DNA from: Thalia democratica | Taxonomy: Eukaryota | Direction: 5' to 3' | Length of the DNA stretch: 64,000 nt | NCBI GenBank assembly: GCA_965202585.1 | Contig: OZ241829.1 | Location: 50,716,001 to 50,780,000 of the forward strand | Shown here: piece by piece, positions 39,801 through 51,800 of the stretch | How the letters are laid out: every line of letters begins with the position of its first letter | Numbering within the stretch: position 1 is the first letter of the stretch | The notes under the pieces: generated by a model | The model's input: the letters and a program-made list of their open reading frames with translations, nothing else | What the model was told of the DNA's origin: nothing | The model's database searches: none | Translations under genes and position numbers: made by a program

Positions 39801-42800
39801 TTAAAAAGGTTTAATCATTATTTTGAAGTATTTGAGTATTGGAACTTATTTCTAAGTTTTACGGAATTTTACAAACAAAAATTTACCAGGCTACTTCATA
39901 AATTTAGTAACTTATGTTTTTTTCTATATTAGTTACAACTTATTAAAATAGCTTTATTTTTTTCCCTTGTATGCTTTCTTGAACTTTTCAGCTAGCTCAA
40001 TCCAAATAAGTTTTATAAAAATACTAAATAAAAAAAAAAAATAAAGTTTTTGCTACTTCTTTGACCAAAGTTTCAAACTACAACAGTTTTAAATAAAACA
40101 AAGTAAACTTTCACATGCACAGTGGGCTGGCAAGTGGTCATTGACTATTTTCGCGACTAAGCAGTTAAAGCAAGATTTTTATTTAATTGTTTAGAGCGGG
40201 GTTTAGTCTTTTAAAAACTCGGTTTATTTCTGTTCTGCTTAAAGTATACTAAAAGTTATGTAAGCTTAAATGTAGCCAAAGTTTGCTTTTTTTAAGTTTA
40301 AAAAAGCCTCGAAAAATGCTTAAATTTTTGTCAAAATTAAGGTCTACATCTACTGTTAAAAAACACCTTATAAGCTTTTATACAAATACTTTTTTTTAAG
40401 TTTTTTCATTTCTTTGGTTTAATGTTCATTGAAAAAAGTCAAAATTCTTTGAATATTTAAATGTAAAAGTATATTATTTCTCATTTAAAAAATCTTCTAT
40501 TCTCACCGAAAATTCATTGATGCTTTTCTGACAATTTTGGGTATTCTTCAGGGTTAATTTTCTCAATTCGCCACCGAAGAACCAACATAATTTTTTTTTA
40601 AATAATCTAGTAAAAATGACAAGGAATCTATATACAAATTTACAGACAAATCTATTATGTGGAATATAACTATTTTTTTGGTTTTGAAAAGCGATATTTC
40701 TGTTAAAAAAATTGATATAATATCCTATCCCTGGTTTTTCACTGTGAAAAAAAAGACCATTTTGTATGTTCTAGAAGGTTCTTAATGTGTATAGATTCAC
40801 TTACTTTTGTTTACAGATCATTTAAGCTCCAAGAATGATGAGAACAGTTAGTATTGGTCAAAACATGGTAGCTTAGTATATGTTTTAGTCATTGAAATAG
40901 TTTTTTTTATACTATTTTAGCAAATTAAAGGTTTTCTTGAAAAACCGTATCCCACAGGCCATGGTGGAACTTCTACAACAGGTAACGAAGTCAAAACTTC
41001 GCTAAACACCAATAATAGGACTCTGCTGACGAAGCATATTTCTGATGTTAGTTTAAAAGAAAACATTTACAAAATTATTATGTATGTTTCCATTATTTTA
41101 TGGCCTATAAATTCTAACAGAAAGATTAATGTAGAGAAATACTCAGTCTTATTTCAAAAAACAATGATGCTGGTCATGTCGGTTAAATGGATTCGCTTTA
41201 CTCCAACTACGCATACTGTTCTCGCACATAGTGCTGAACTAATTGAGCAAAACAACGGTAGAGGTTTGCTAAACTACACCGAAAGTGGATTGGAAGCTAA
41301 AATTAAGTTTCTAAGACAGTAAAGAATGAACTTTTCAAGGAAAACTTCTCAGTATGAAAATTTAACAGACTGTTTAAATCGATTATGGGACAAGAGTGAC
41401 TACGATGTTAATAACACTTTAGACAGACTGAATTGCACTTATTGTAAAGAAGTCGGACATACTGCGCGAAGTTGTTTGCAGCTAAATTAAATAAATTCAT
41501 CATGTATTTCAGAATGAGAAACGTTGTTACATATGCTTTGTGCTACTGAATAGAGTGTTTTATTTATTTGAGAAACTTAATTTCAAAGAAGTTTTAAGAA
41601 CTTACTGTTTGACTTATATTTTATAGTAAATTTAAAGTACTTTTTTTAATCACAGGCTAAATTATTTTGTTTTTTGCACTGTTTTGCATCGAATAAATGT
41701 TTTTATTGTTCAAATTGTTTACAGTTTTTTTCTTTTGATAAACTAGTACAAATGTAACGTTATTAATAATACAAACTTTGATATACAAAGATCAGCCTTA
41801 AATTAAAAATAAACTGTATTTAAAGTATAGTTTCACCCGGCTTGATATTGAAAATTCATTCATATTTAAACTAAAATGGAAGTAAATGTGACTCTCTTGA
41901 GGTAGCCAATTATAATTTTCTTTTTTTTTTTAAGTTTCTTTCTTTAAAGTTTCATTAGAAATTAAAATTTAAACTATTTTTTAAATAAAAACAAACATTA
42001 TTCTTATTGTAACACTAAGTGTAACTTTAATTTGTATTATAGTGCTTCTTATGACAGTTTTATGTCAATGGCCGCTTGATCCCCGTTTTCAGCCCACTGT
42101 GACATGTTGTAGAAAATTTATAGTTTTTATTTCTACTCATTTATCAAATACTTACTAATTTTAATATTCCTTACTTTATATATAAATAGCTAATAAGACT
42201 TAGATAATTTTTTTAACTTTTTTTTAGATCAGTTTTGGATCAACATGTATCTGATTTAAAGCAAAGATTACAAGATGAAAAAAATCACAACAATAAAAGA
42301 TTAGATAAGCTAAATGAAGAAGTTCATAATAAGGAAATCGAACTTAAGAATACAATAAAAAATCATAATATACTCAAGTAAATAATAAGTTTAAAACCAT
42401 TAATTTTGTAAGAGCGCTTTTACTAGTTGATAATGAAGAAATCGAAACTAAGAATACAATAAAAAATCGTGATATACTCAAGTAAATAATAAGTTTAAAA
42501 CCATTTAATTTGTAAGAACGCTTTTTCTAAATTCAATATTTGTTTTTCAATCTCAATAACGATAAAACAAAGTTAACTTTGTTCGTATTTGTTAAAAACT
42601 TACGAGACGAAATGCTAAAACTTTTTTTGCAAAATGTTTTAATTGTATTGAATAGTTTAGATAATAATATCAGTAATCAAAACAATCTAATAATGATTAA
42701 AAGTAGGTTCAATACATTTTTATGTGACATAATACATCCTTAAGCATAAAAACATTTATAGAGACAAATTTCGGGATTTAGAAACAGAATTAAGCAAGAT

Positions 42801-45800
42801 GAGTAGACAGGTACAAGACAATGAACACATAAAACAGCGATTAGTTGAGAAGGAGTGTTTACTAAATGATGCTTGTAAACATAAACAAGTTGTACAAGAT
42901 GAATGTGAAAAGTATAAACATCAACTTACAATTGTTAGAAATGAAGTAGAACTAATGAGAAAAAAAGCTGATGATGAAGTTTGCGATGTTAAAAAGTGTG
43001 TTTTCGACTAATACTTAAGATATTTAGTATTAAAGTTGAAAATAAACATTAAACAAACTTTCAAACTTGAAGAGTTCTTTAATATAGACCTACTTAAAAT
43101 GTATTACCACTAAATTAAATGTACATATTTATACTTACAGAAGTTTACAGAAAAATAAAGAAATGTTTGTATGTGAAAAACAAAAACTTCAAAATTCTCT
43201 TAAAGAATCTAAAGATATTTTAAAGAAAGTCAACTGTGAAAAGGAAAAGACTAAAATAAATTATAAAAAGTTAGTTTTGTAAAGAAAAGTAGGAACTGTA
43301 TTAATTTTTTTCAGCATTTTATATCATACAATAGAAATTTGAAACCACTTAAAATTTAATTATATCAAAGATTAAAAGTAAGCTGCTTCAAGAAAATTCA
43401 AAATTTGTGCAATGAAAATGAAATACTTAAAGCAGAACAAGAGAAGCTTCAAATTCAAATTAAAGCCGGAAAGTTGGTTGTATATATTTAGTAAAACATA
43501 AAACTCTTTATGTGTAGTTTGAACGTAGTAATTTAAGCTTTCATACTTGTTTTAGATTGAGCTTAAATACTTTCCTTTATATTTAGGTAAAATTGTGAAT
43601 TAAAATTGTTAATAAATAAATAGTTATAAAGCAAGTATAAAATACTGTAAGTTTGTTAGTATAATAAGTTTTTTTTTAATATTGAACAGTTTTATACTTT
43701 CTACACTAGTTTAAATATTTTTTTTAGAGTAGTAGTATGTGTTTTTTTATTATAAAAAAAGAATCATGTTTTCTATTTTGGTTTTGTAAATAAGCCATTT
43801 ACAGTTGTTTTTAGTGATCTGCCAGATACAAGATCCTAATTTTTTTTTAAATAACCGGATCCGGTCACATCCTAATGTTATGGATCCAGTAGATCAATGA
43901 ATTAACTTTACTTGTTTCAGCTCCTTCCAGTTTTTTAAGAAAATTGTAGAATATAAAAGTGTTTACAGATCTTTAGCCCCATATTAGTTGACGAAAAAAT
44001 ATTTAGAGTTTTTTATCTTGAAACTTTAAAATAAGAGAATTTATGATAGTTTCTTTATATTAATATAAAGAAAAATTATATATATATATTTATTTATTTG
44101 ATTATATAAAAAACAACGTATTATATAATTATTATAATCAAATAAATATTTAGCTCCAAGATTTGTTTTATCAAGTTAAATTATCAAGTTTTTACGCCGT
44201 TAGTCGGAATAAAGTTTTAACACAAAAACATCTGTGGTATATATATGTATGTAAAGAAATAAGTTGATTAACTTAATAAATAAATTTTTTCAACACAGAG
44301 CCCATCTTAAGGGCTTTTTAAAAAAATAAAGTTTATTAGAAAACGTAAAAACTTGCAGAACTCAAGTTTCGTACCTACGCACTCCTCAACTGTAAAACAA
44401 GCTCAAAATAAAGTACAAAACAAAAAATTCAAACGAAAGTTTAAAATTTAAGCATAAGTATATTATGACGTAGATATAAAACTGTTAAAAATCATGCAAA
44501 ACGGCCTGTACAAAAATTATCTTCCCAATCGACAATAAACTGGCAAAAGTTCATAAAACTTCAGTGAGTAACTACAAATTTGAAATGAAATTTGAATAAG
44601 ATAAAAAGTTAAATAAAAATAGAAATTTAAATTAATATAAAGCGAAATCAAAACTTATTAAACTGTAAAAGCGATTTTTTTATATGTCTACAAGACGATA
44701 CAAACTCGCTTCTTTTGTTTAGGCAGGTCTTATCTTTCAGTGCATACACAAGGCTGTTGCTTCTTTGAGACACAGGCTACATATCGGGCTATTGCCGTCA
44801 GCTATAGACTGTGCTCTTTTTATAACTTCCCAAGATATTTCAAAGTCAATGCCGCTGTGGCTCGGTCTTTGGCAGTTAAAATATACTTATTATTACAAGA
44901 TGACTCATTTAAAGGACCGACAAGATCTATGTGAACAAACTGGAATCGTTCCGTATTGTCTGGAAAAAAACCAATTTTTGGACGATTATATCTTGTTACT
45001 TTGGTCGCTTGACATACCACACAGCTTTTGACCCAATGAGTCACATCTTTTATCAATGTAGGCCAGTAATAGTCTTTTGCAATAGACTCGATTGTTTTAT
45101 CAATTCCCAGGTGCAACCTATCATGGGCCACATTAAATGCTGTTAGGCGCATAGATTCGGGCAGAATGATTCGCTTATTATTTTCGTCTACCACTACCGC
45201 TAAATTATCTGGTTGTAAATATTCGACCGTTTTCTTCATATTACGTGCGGTATCTACTAGCCCCGGTTCATTACATTGCAAGACCGCAATAACTTCCCTA
45301 TTTATCATATTAAAGCTAGTCGTATTTTCCCCGATCACTTCATTTAACGGACTACCTAAAATTTCCTCTTCACCGTCTAAATCACCGTAATCAGACTCGC
45401 TGTCTTCAGCCTCTGACTCAGACGTATAAACAAAATCAGAATCCTGGTTATACGCACGAACATGCATTGCCGACTGTGGGGGTCGGCTTAAACTATCTGC
45501 TACTACATTATCATGGCCATCTATATGCCTTACTATTGGATTAAATTCCTTGATTGCGCATATCCAACGTTGTTCCGCTGGAGAATGATTACCCATTTCG
45601 TTTTTAATGGCCCTTTCTACTGATTTACTATCAGTACGTATTATTAAGGATCTCCCCAATATTCTGCTTTGAAAGTGCTTAAGAGACAAATACACCCCGC
45701 GAAGTTCCTTATAAAAAGTAGAACGTACTTGCTTAAATGGAGGGAGCTTTTTTGAAAAAAACGCAAGCGGTTGCATTCCCCCATTTCTCCCTTCTTGTTC

Positions 45801-48800
45801 CAGAACTGCGCCAACGTGACTGTCGGAAGCGTCCGTGAAGAGAACTAGGGGTTTTGTGTGGTCTTCATAGCTTATTGTTGCTGCTTTAACTAACAGAGCT
45901 ATTGTGTCATGATAAGCTTTGATTTGGCCATCAGTAAGTTTAATAATTGCCCTATTGCTTGCCTTAGATCCCCCCGAAATTTCATTAAGCGGTGCCATTA
46001 CTTCGGCCAAGTTTGGTATGAATCGATGATAGTAATTAATCATACCAATTACCCTTTTTAACTCTTTGCGCGTGTTTGGTAAGGGTAATTTTTTTATAGC
46101 TTCTACCTTAGATTCCATAACATCAACCCCGTCAACACCTACTGTATGACCTAAAAAATCTACCTTAGTTCTAGCAAAAGAACATTTTGCTTGATTTAAA
46201 AATAAACCGTTTGTCGATAATGTTTCTAAAACCTGTTTTAAATGTGATATGTGACTGTCCGCGGAATCTGAAAACACAAGAATATCATCTAAATATACAA
46301 AAGTGAAAGCCCCACAAGAGGACAAGATACTGTCCATAAACTGCTGAAAACGTGTTGGCGCATTCCGCAACCCGAAAGAAGTCACCTTAGGGACGAATAC
46401 CCCGGAATTAGTTATGATAGCAGCATATTTTCGTGAGTTTGGATGAAGAGGTAAGCTATGGTAAGCTTCTTTAAGATCTAACGTGCTGAAAAAACGGGTA
46501 CCTCCCGGAATTCTTTCCGAGAGCGTATCTATGCGCGGTAGCGGGTATGAAAATGGGCGTGTGTGGGCATTCAAAACTGTATAATCAACACAAATACGCA
46601 AATCACCATCTTTTTTGGGCACTACCGTGATTGGTGATGCACACATGTCGGCATCCCCCTTTACAACAGCACCTCTCGCAATTAGGTCTGAATAATTTTT
46701 ATCTACCTTTTGTTGACAAGTTAAATTACATCTTCGCGCCTTAATCATTCGCGGTTTATAATTGTCAACTATAATTTCTAGAAAGTGGTTGTGTTTTCTA
46801 GGAGCAGTATAATCAGGAGTTTTTGTAAGCTCAGGGTAATTCAACAGTAGTGCTTCACACTTGGTCTCTAACGTAGCTATGTTATTACTATCCTTAACTT
46901 CCCCCGTATTAATTGACACAACTACCGACGCAGGCAAGTCAGCGGCCCTAAACAGTTTAGTCGTTTTGTTAGACAATTGATGCGTCAATTCTAACGTGAA
47001 AGGGCATATTAACAGTTTGTTTGACATTAAAATGTCCATACCTAAAATGCCATAACTCCTATACTCTTGAGTAACCCAAAAATTATGTTTAATGGTTTTT
47101 AAATTACCTAGCTTAAGGTCAACGCAAGCACTCCCTATGGGGTGGATTTCATTGTCGCCAATACCCTTTATAGTTCTACTGAACGGCTTAAAGTAGTGGT
47201 TTATGCCATTTGTTAGATTCTTAGGCAATATAGAAACTTCACATCCAGAGTCAATTAAGAAAAGAACGTTTGTAACATTGTCCTTTGCAAATAATAGACT
47301 TTGAGGCAAGGTTTTTGGATTTATAGACGATTTATTTAAATAGCAAACGACCAATTAGTTTTTACAGTTGGTTTTGTCGTGATATCATTACGCAATTGAG
47401 AGTGAGAGTTTGTTTCAGGTGATGGCTTTTTAGGCTGCCATGGTTTGGCAGAGGGACGAATTGGTACGGATTCTACAGGCTTATTAAGAGGAACTCTGTT
47501 CCCATCCTCATGTCCTCTCATTGTTTTGAAGATGGGAAATCGTTTTTTTGATCGTGTTGTTGCCGTAACGGGGACATAGGGCAAGTTGAAACTGCAGCAC
47601 AATAGTCTGCCCTATCTCCAAACTTTGCATGTTTGTGACAAAGCGCGTTTTGTTCGTAATTCGTGCGCTTGTTATACCCTTCCCCGAAATACCCCTGACT
47701 ACGACTGTGTTCATAGCTGCGGAAATGTTCCCTTTTTTGTGGAATGTTCTCATGCCATTTTTGTTTGTAATATCTCTTATTGTGCTTAAATCGCTGAGGT
47801 TCGTATGAAAAGTTTTTAGCATTTTCAAAGACCCTCTGTTCTTCAATGTCGCATATAAATTCCGTGCGCCTAATAAACTCATTATATTCAAGCCCAAAAC
47901 ATTCCTTTATTTTGTTTTTTAAATTATTAGGGGCATGTCTGTGCATAAAGTATTTAATTCTGTCTTCCTCTTTAGACTTTGCCCATTGCTTAGCTGCCAA
48001 AAACAAGTCCTGGAATTGAACTGGCTCTGGCCATGATGGGCTTGCACCTAATATGCGAGGCAATTTGCTTCCTTTCCCTTGTAAAAAGTTAACAAGACTG
48101 CTATACGTTCTGTCTTCGTCGTGTGTTTCAACGAAGTCAATTATATCTGAACGGGGCCAAATTCTCTGGAGAATTTCAAACTTCTCCATTTCAGATGTTA
48201 TACCATAAGCCGTACACCGGTCTTCAAAAAAACGTAACTCCACAGCCGGATCGCGTACGGCATCAATTTTTTGAAAAAGCTTACAATTTTCAAGAGTTTT
48301 TTTCTTGAAACTTATTTGTGTTGACATTTCACCTAAAGCGTGCGAGGTGTGATTGTTAAGGGTGAGGCCGCTGTCATTTATGGTCTTATTGGTATCTAAT
48401 CTTCTATAAATAGCTTTTAGTTCATTTTTTAGTTTATTTTTTTTCTCTAAAACCTTAGCTTGCTCTAGTAAGTGAGCTAAATCCTCAACGTCTAAGTCAA
48501 CTTCATCTAAAGCATTAAAATCTACAATTTCATTATTGTCCCTAGTCTGCGCGCTTACTTCTGTTTCATGAGCGCTGTTTATTGTCGCTTGAATATTGCT
48601 GGGAGATTGTGAGTTCGATATCAAGTCAGAGTCGCCATTGAAGTCAGCAGATACTGATGGCTCAGTATCTGCATGACCCGTTAACTTATTTTTTTGTCTT
48701 AAGCCCTTCTTAGTCTTAATCATTCTAATGGTATAGTAATCACTTAAATAGTAGCTTAAACTAAAAACAACCGGTTATAATTTACACAGCACAGTTTAAT

Positions 48801-51800
48801 CAACAATATTTAATAACAAATGTGATTTAAAAAATACGTATTAACTCAAGTAAAATTATACAAAAAGTTGATAAAGCTAAAGGGTTTCTTGTAACTATGC
48901 CGATCACAGATAAGAAAGCTTTGACTGTCAGGAATGCTTTTTTTCAATGCTGGGTTGGTCCATTCGGGGTCCCTCAAGTTGTTGTTTCTGATAACGGTCG
49001 TGAATTTGTTAACACCGTGTTAACCGAAGCGTTCGAGCAGTTAGGAATAGATCATCGTTTGGTATCCCCATACAGCCCTCAATCTAACGGTTTCATCGAG
49101 AGGCAACATAAGACTATCAATGTTGCACTTCGCGCGTTATCTGATAAGACAAACTGGGCAAACCGCTACGCTTTAAGCCACAAACATACTTTGAAAGCTC
49201 AGTGTCATTTTTATATATGCTGCATTTAAAATATTTTTATGATTGGCATACCTGAATCTGAACTGAGTCGAGTACAAGCCGATTTAGAACCTCGTCATAA
49301 CGTCAGAGTTAACTGTGGCCCTGTAAACGATGTTCTGCGAACGGCAATCGCCCCCTTTCAAATGATATTTACAGCCACCAGCGCAACCACATTGACTCTG
49401 AATTTCTGAGTTTTGATTTCAAAATATTTTGGTTGTGTGCTTTGATGATACTCTCTAAATTTGCCGTACACGAATAATTTATTCCCATATTATGTTTGTT
49501 GAAAATTTTTGTTAGCGGATTTTGTTTATTGAAGTGTTTTAGGACTGGATTTATAAATTTTCTTTGATTTTACTGAATTGTTAAAAGATGGGTTGTACCA
49601 TATTACATTTCTTTTTCTTTTGTGTTTTTGATTAGTTTTAGGTTGTTACTCAGGTTTTTCAAATTTAAGTTTATTATCGTAGCCGCATTTTTTCATTATT
49701 TTTACATATTCATCTTTAATCTTTAAAAAATTTTCTTCTTTACTTGATCGTAATAAAAAGCCAGAAGATTTAGGTTATACAGCTAGTCCATCGTCTCTGT
49801 ACAACACAACTCTATTTAAACCAAAGATATATTTTAACCCGTCTAAAAATAAAGTCCCACAAGTTCGCATAGCTCCGCGCCCATATAAGGTCCCTGTGCT
49901 ACGTCAAAAAGTGAGTTAGTGTTATTTACTCTCTTTTTGCTGCACCGAGCTTATTGTTTGCAGAGTACCGATTTGCAGGCATTTATTATCAGGGTTAAGT
50001 CCTCAGCAGGTACGCTAATGTAACTATTAGCAAAATTCAATGATTTAATCACCAACTCTTCGCTAATAGAAGGATAATAATCGAACTTAAATCGAACAAT
50101 GTTTTCCAAGAATACCTTCAGCAAACCACAAGTTTCTTCGTAGATCAAGCCTGAACTACACATGACACGGCCCGACGAACCAATCGACGAATGGTGGGCT
50201 TGGTGATACCCTTGATGTTATTACAAAGGACTTTGCGATGACGTTTGGTGCCTCCTTTTCCCAAACCTTTTCCTCCTATACCACGACTAGACATGATGAT
50301 GATTAATCGTCCTGTTCTAAATGTTGAGCAATTGCTTATCAGTTCTATTCATTGACACGTTTTATGATGTACTAACCAACCGTGAGCCATCATTCTGCTG
50401 TTGTGCTTGGTGACTGCTTTTGTACTTTCAGGGGACGGTGTTTTTAGCCAACTAAGCGACAATAACATACGAACAGCAGTTTAAATTTGCGACTGCTGAT
50501 GGTTTAAAGCTTGTTGTAGTGAGCCAGGGAGAAGCCTGGGTGAAACTTCAGCGGCAATAGAAGAGATCCTGATGCTTATGGTCTTGCTGAATATACCAGT
50601 GTCGGTGTGTACTTGCTTGAGCATATTGTACATGCAGATGCTGAAGCTTTTCTTGCGACGTGATGCGCTTCTTCTTGCCGTCAGCTGGGACATTATTTAC
50701 GGCGTTTTTTGCTACTTCTGCCATTGTGAATGAAATGAAGCCTGGGTGAAGGAGCCATATTGACAGCGAATTTTCAATTCTGGGCTCAGTTGACCCGAAC
50801 CATTGGCAAAGTAGTTCACCACTGAAAGTTTCTCAGTTTAAGTAAATTAACGTATGTGAAAAAGCGAGTTTTAATGTGCAAAAATTAAAAATAAATCACA
50901 AGTCTTTACATATTAACTATCAAACATTCAAAAATGTTTTGAAAAACGATAATATTAATTAAAAAAAATCACAAAAATCTATAATTAAAAAAAAAAAATA
51001 GATTTTTAATAGTCTAATGAAATATTTCAAATAACTTTTAAAGAAACACCATTAAAGGTTGTAAAAAATAAACTGTAAGTTTCACAATATTTGGCGTTCT
51101 GAGAGCTGTAGAAAAACAAAAAGTTTGAAGTTGCAAAACATAATTAAATTTGCATTTTATATTTTGTTAGCAAAAATTCTTTTTCATATTATATTAACTG
51201 AGTATCAAACTTAATAAAAACAAAAAATTGACATTTTAACTCAAAAACAATTTAATAATGTTTAACTTGCTAATCAGCAACCATCTTTGACTTAAAAATC
51301 AAAAATAAGTTTTTAAAGTTTGTGTTTTTAAACTCACACTTTACAATTTTCACTTGTGGACAATTCAGTTAATGGCTGCTATCATCAGGCTTAAGGAAGA
51401 AAACTAATTTCATTCGTCGCAACCAGTACTTTCTGCATAATTTATCACTTCTCTCCTTCTAAGGTTATACAGAATTTCTCTTGTAATTTTACCATCACCT
51501 AAGTCTGGATTATCACGAGGTATGAAAGACTTAACATTTCTAATAGAAACTTTCTCTACTCTATTTTTATTAGTATGTGCATACTATGTTCGGAGGTGTC
51601 CAATACTTCGTATGGCCCGTGATATAGGGTATTTAATTTTTTTTCTTTATCCGTTTCAGCCAAACCCTTTTACAAGTGACGGTGTAGGTTCATAAAAGAT
51701 GTTATAGTTCTTGTAATACTTACGTTTCTTACAAATGGTTGTTATAAATTTAAGGAAGAGCCGCATGTCTGCTTCTGAACAGTTTATTACTTCCCCCTGG

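Larger units (their letters stand above)
44857..49162. mobile_element. LTR-less Ty3/Gypsy (CsRn1-like) gag-pol block with 5' inversion, flanked by TSD CCGCT
   Basis: CCGCT at 44852-44856 and 49163-49167; gag-PR-RT-RH-IN(N) on minus, IN core on plus; no LTR or PBS seen. Confidence 0.9.

Noticed and set aside
40118-40160. True RSS nonamer (ACAAAAACC) in the Transib ends
   Set aside because: Not present at either end; only the heptamer and the spacing asymmetry are RSS-like.
40118-42101. RAG2-like gene in the transposon
   Set aside because: No kelch-like frame seen and not enough space; the element is an internal deletion derivative.
44740-48308. Plus-strand ORFs overlapping Gypsy pol/gag (44740, 44765, 44931, 45166, 47586, 48123) and minus ORF 47508-47897
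   Set aside because: Antisense or alternative-frame shadows of the retroelement ORFs.
49951-50163. 70-aa ORF as a functional variant histone H4
   Set aside because: It is a chimera of frameshifted H4 pseudogene and PLE RT remnant.
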